This document shows, piece after piece, positions 60,613 through 64,000 of a DNA stretch of 64,000 nt. The number at the start of each line of letters is the position of its first letter. Positions within the stretch are counted from its first letter, which is position 1. The notes below the pieces were generated by a model. That model saw only the letters and a program-made list of their open reading frames with translations, did not search any database and was not told where the DNA came from. Position numbers and translations under genes: made by a program. Source of the stretch: Bacteroidales bacterium (GTDB lineage: Bacteria > Bacteroidota > Bacteroidia > Bacteroidales > JBGRPZ01); contig JBGRQE010000004.1 of assembly GCA_041725955.1 (NCBI GenBank), forward strand, positions 76,643 through 140,642, given 5' to 3'.

Positions 60613-61605
60613 ATGGCAATTTTAGCATTTCAAAAACCAGATAAGGTTATAATGAATGAAGCTGATGATTTCAAAGGAAGCTTCGAATTTCGTCCTTTGG
60701 AACCAGGCTTTGGTATCACAATAGGTAATGCACTTAGAAGAATCCTGCTTTCTTCACTTGAAGGATTTGCAATTACATCTGTGAACATTGAGGGTGTCGT
60801 CCATGAATTTTCCACAATAGAGGGTGTCATCGAAGATGTGACAGAGATTGTTCTCAATCTCAAGAAAATTAGGTTTAAACAAAAGCTTGAAACTGAAACA
60901 AGCGAAAAGGTAAATGTTGTTGTTGGTGGACAGGATTGCTTTAAAGCTGGCGAGATCAATAAGTTCTTGACCAATTTTGAAGTCCTAAACCCAGACGTAG
61001 TTATCTGTAACATGGATCCTTCTGTTAAACTTGCCCTCGAACTTACTATTAAGAAAGGACGTGGTTATGTTCCTTCTGAGGAAAATAAGGATTCTAATGC
61101 ACCTCTAGGTACTGTTGCAATCGACTCTATTCACACTCCAATTGTAAATGTTAAGTTTGCAATAGAGAACTTTAGAGTTGAGCAAAAGACTGACTATGAA
61201 AAATTGGTGCTAGATATCGACACCGATGGTTCTGTTCATCCAAAAGACGCTCTTAAGGAAGCTGCGAAAATCCTTATCCATCACTTTATGCTGTTTTCTG
61301 ATGAAAAGATTACTCTTGACTCTGACGAGAAATCAGTTACAGAAGAATTTGATGAGAATTCATTACATATTCGCCAGCTACTTAAAACCAAGCTTGTTGA
61401 TTTAGATCTCTCTGTTCGTGCTCTTAATTGTCTTAAGGCTGCGGATGTAGAGACTCTAGGTGAATTAGTGGCTTATAATAAAAGCGACTTGCTTAAGTTC
61501 CGAAACTTTGGTAAGAAATCTCTTACCGAGTTAGAGGACCTTGTTAAAACTAAAGGCCTTGAGTTTGGGATGAATGTTTCTAAGTACAAATTAGATAAGG
61601 ATTAA
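60613..61605 (+). CDS. rpoA: DNA-directed RNA polymerase subunit alpha
   Basis: 330 aa from ATG 60613. [21 protein letters not shown]-terminal HhH domain ([20 protein letters not shown]). Confidence 0.96.
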   Translation: MAILAFQKPDKVIMNEADDFKGSFEFRPLEPGFGITIGNALRRILLSSLEGFAITSVNIEGVVHEFSTIEGVIEDVTEIVLNLKKIRFKQKLETETSEKVNVVVGGQDCFKAGEINKFLTNFEVLNPDVVICNMDPSVKLALELTIKKGRGYVPSEENKDSNAPLGTVAIDSIHTPIVNVKFAIENFRVEQKTDYEKLVLDIDTDGSVHPKDALKEAAKILIHHFMLFSDEKITLDSDEKSVTEEFDENSLHIRQLLKTKLVDLDLSVRALNCLKAADVETLGELVAYNKSDLLKFRNFGKKSLTELEDLVKTKGLEFGMNVSKYKLDKD

Positions 61606-61610
61606 TTGAA

Positions 61611-62111
61611 ATGAGACACGGAAAGAAATTTAATCACTTAGGTAGAAAGAGCGCCCACAGAAAAGCAATGCTTTCAAATATGGCGGCATCCCTTTTTATC
61701 CATAAGCGCATTACTACAACCTTGGCAAAGGCAAAGGCGCTTAGATTGTATGTAGAACCTTTGATTACTAAATCAAAGAACGATTCTACACATTCAAGAA
61801 GGGTTGTTTTTAGCTACCTTCAAAATAAATTCGCAGTTAGCGAACTTTTTAGAGAAATCTCTGTTAAAGTAGCTGACCGTCCAGGCGGATACACCAGAAT
61901 TATCAAGCTAGGTAATCGTCAGGGTGATAACGCCGAAATGGCAATGATCGAGTTGGTTGATTACAACGAAAACTTGCTTGCCGAAAAAGCTTCTACCAAA
62001 GCCAAGACTCGCAGAAGCCGTCGTGGTGGTAAGAAGAACACTGCTGAAGCTCCTGCTGTGGAAAACACTGCAGCTGAAGCTCCAAAAGATGAGAATACCG
62101 AAAATAAGTAA
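61611..62111 (+). CDS. rplQ: 50S ribosomal protein L17
   Basis: 166 aa. [21 protein letters not shown], with a Lys/Ala/Glu-rich C-terminal tail. Confidence 0.96.
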   Translation: MRHGKKFNHLGRKSAHRKAMLSNMAASLFIHKRITTTLAKAKALRLYVEPLITKSKNDSTHSRRVVFSYLQNKFAVSELFREISVKVADRPGGYTRIIKLGNRQGDNAEMAMIELVDYNENLLAEKASTKAKTRRSRRGGKKNTAEAPAVENTAAEAPKDENTENK

Positions 62112-62133
62112 TATAGATCTTATTTTATTTAAG

Positions 62134-63506
<1,373 letters not shown>

Positions 63507-63530
63507 TATTTCCTTAGATATACATGATTA

Positions 63531-63558
63531 AGCCGTCTGTGTTCAGACGGCTTTTTTT
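63531..63558 (+). terminator. eno terminator
   Basis: AGCCGTCTG-TGTT-CAGACGGCT followed by T7. Confidence 0.9.
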
Positions 63559-64000
63559 ATACCATATTGACAACCAACCAAAGCCATAATAGTGAAGATA
63601 GTTTTATTATTTGTTGTTTGTCTGATACTGTTACTATCCAGGCACAAGACAAATCATTTCCCGATTATATAGAGTGTGTAAAAACAGAACAAAAGCTTTG
63701 TCTCGAAGAATATAAAAGGCCGAAAAGCTTTGATGTTAGAATCGAAATTCGATAGTTCTAGAAGAAGGGGAATCATGTGTATATATATTATCCCCTACAA
63801 CATAAGACTGTAATATTTCATGGAATATTTTTCTCTAAGGTAAAGAGATCAAAAAGAAGGTTTCGTCGAACAGTCAAGAGTTTTGAGCTTAAAGATTAAG
63901 AGAATTCTGTATATGTTATGTAATTGAATTTATATGCTATAGTTGGGAGAATTATAAAATCTTACGGTTTGCAAATCAGCTTTTCGGTCCAATTATTGAA

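Noticed and set aside
63567-63755. 62-aa ORF downstream of the eno terminator.
   Set aside because: It has a TTG start, no recognisable domain and no convincing promoter box. It cannot be supported from sequence alone. The last 450 bp of the window otherwise show no feature I can defend.

Overview
Low-GC chromosomal core segment that looks like Bacteroidota. Supporting signs are a T9SS C-terminal sorting domain, a DUF4249 lipoprotein paired with a TonB-dependent receptor, DUF4290-murA synteny, fused SecDF, TAnnTTTG-type -7 boxes, and no tuf after fusA or adk after secY. Bases 1-43.4 kb carry mixed housekeeping, envelope and transport genes, mostly on the minus strand: TonB receptor/DUF4249, rhomboid, POT and AGCS transporters, a K+ channel, prfA-pyrF, zapA-rny, ThrE pair, purM, a BspA-like T9SS surface protein, OmpA-family protein, tatA, cobQ plus a cbiG-methylase fusion, secDF, an ABC-2 transporter, grpE-dnaJ, DUF4290-murA and a UvrD-type helicase. 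Bases 44.0-63.5 kb are one plus-strand str-S10-spc-alpha ribosomal supercluster running rpsL to rplQ. It includes rpmD and rpmJ, which the 60-aa ORF track missed, and is followed by eno. Several ORF-track starts are over-extended and are corrected here: rhomboid, pyrF, rny, the ZapB-like gene, the ThrE small subunit, purM, tatA, rplW, rplX, map, rpoA and eno. I see no rRNA, tRNA, CRISPR array, integrase/transposase or prophage, and no convincing multi-gene novel protein system such as a defence island. The most unexplained signals are non-coding. (1) A six-unit, 22-bp phased direct-repeat array plus a palindrome lies upstream of an orphan 92-aa winged-HTH gene. (2) A roughly 190-nt G+C-enriched rod-like structured RNA candidate sits between zapA and rny and may be 6S-like. 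(3) A promoter-like box, a 115-nt nested hairpin and a weak terminator lie upstream of rpsL. (4) A mirror-symmetric pair of intrinsic-terminator hairpins upstream of purM looks like an orphan sRNA. (5) secDF and rpsL share an extended promoter-proximal motif. Protein-level oddities are MurA with Asp at the fosfomycin-target Cys position, an AGCS symporter with a secreted Ig-like N-terminal module, and a Cys-depleted L36. All family assignments come from motif recognition by eye, because no searches could be run.
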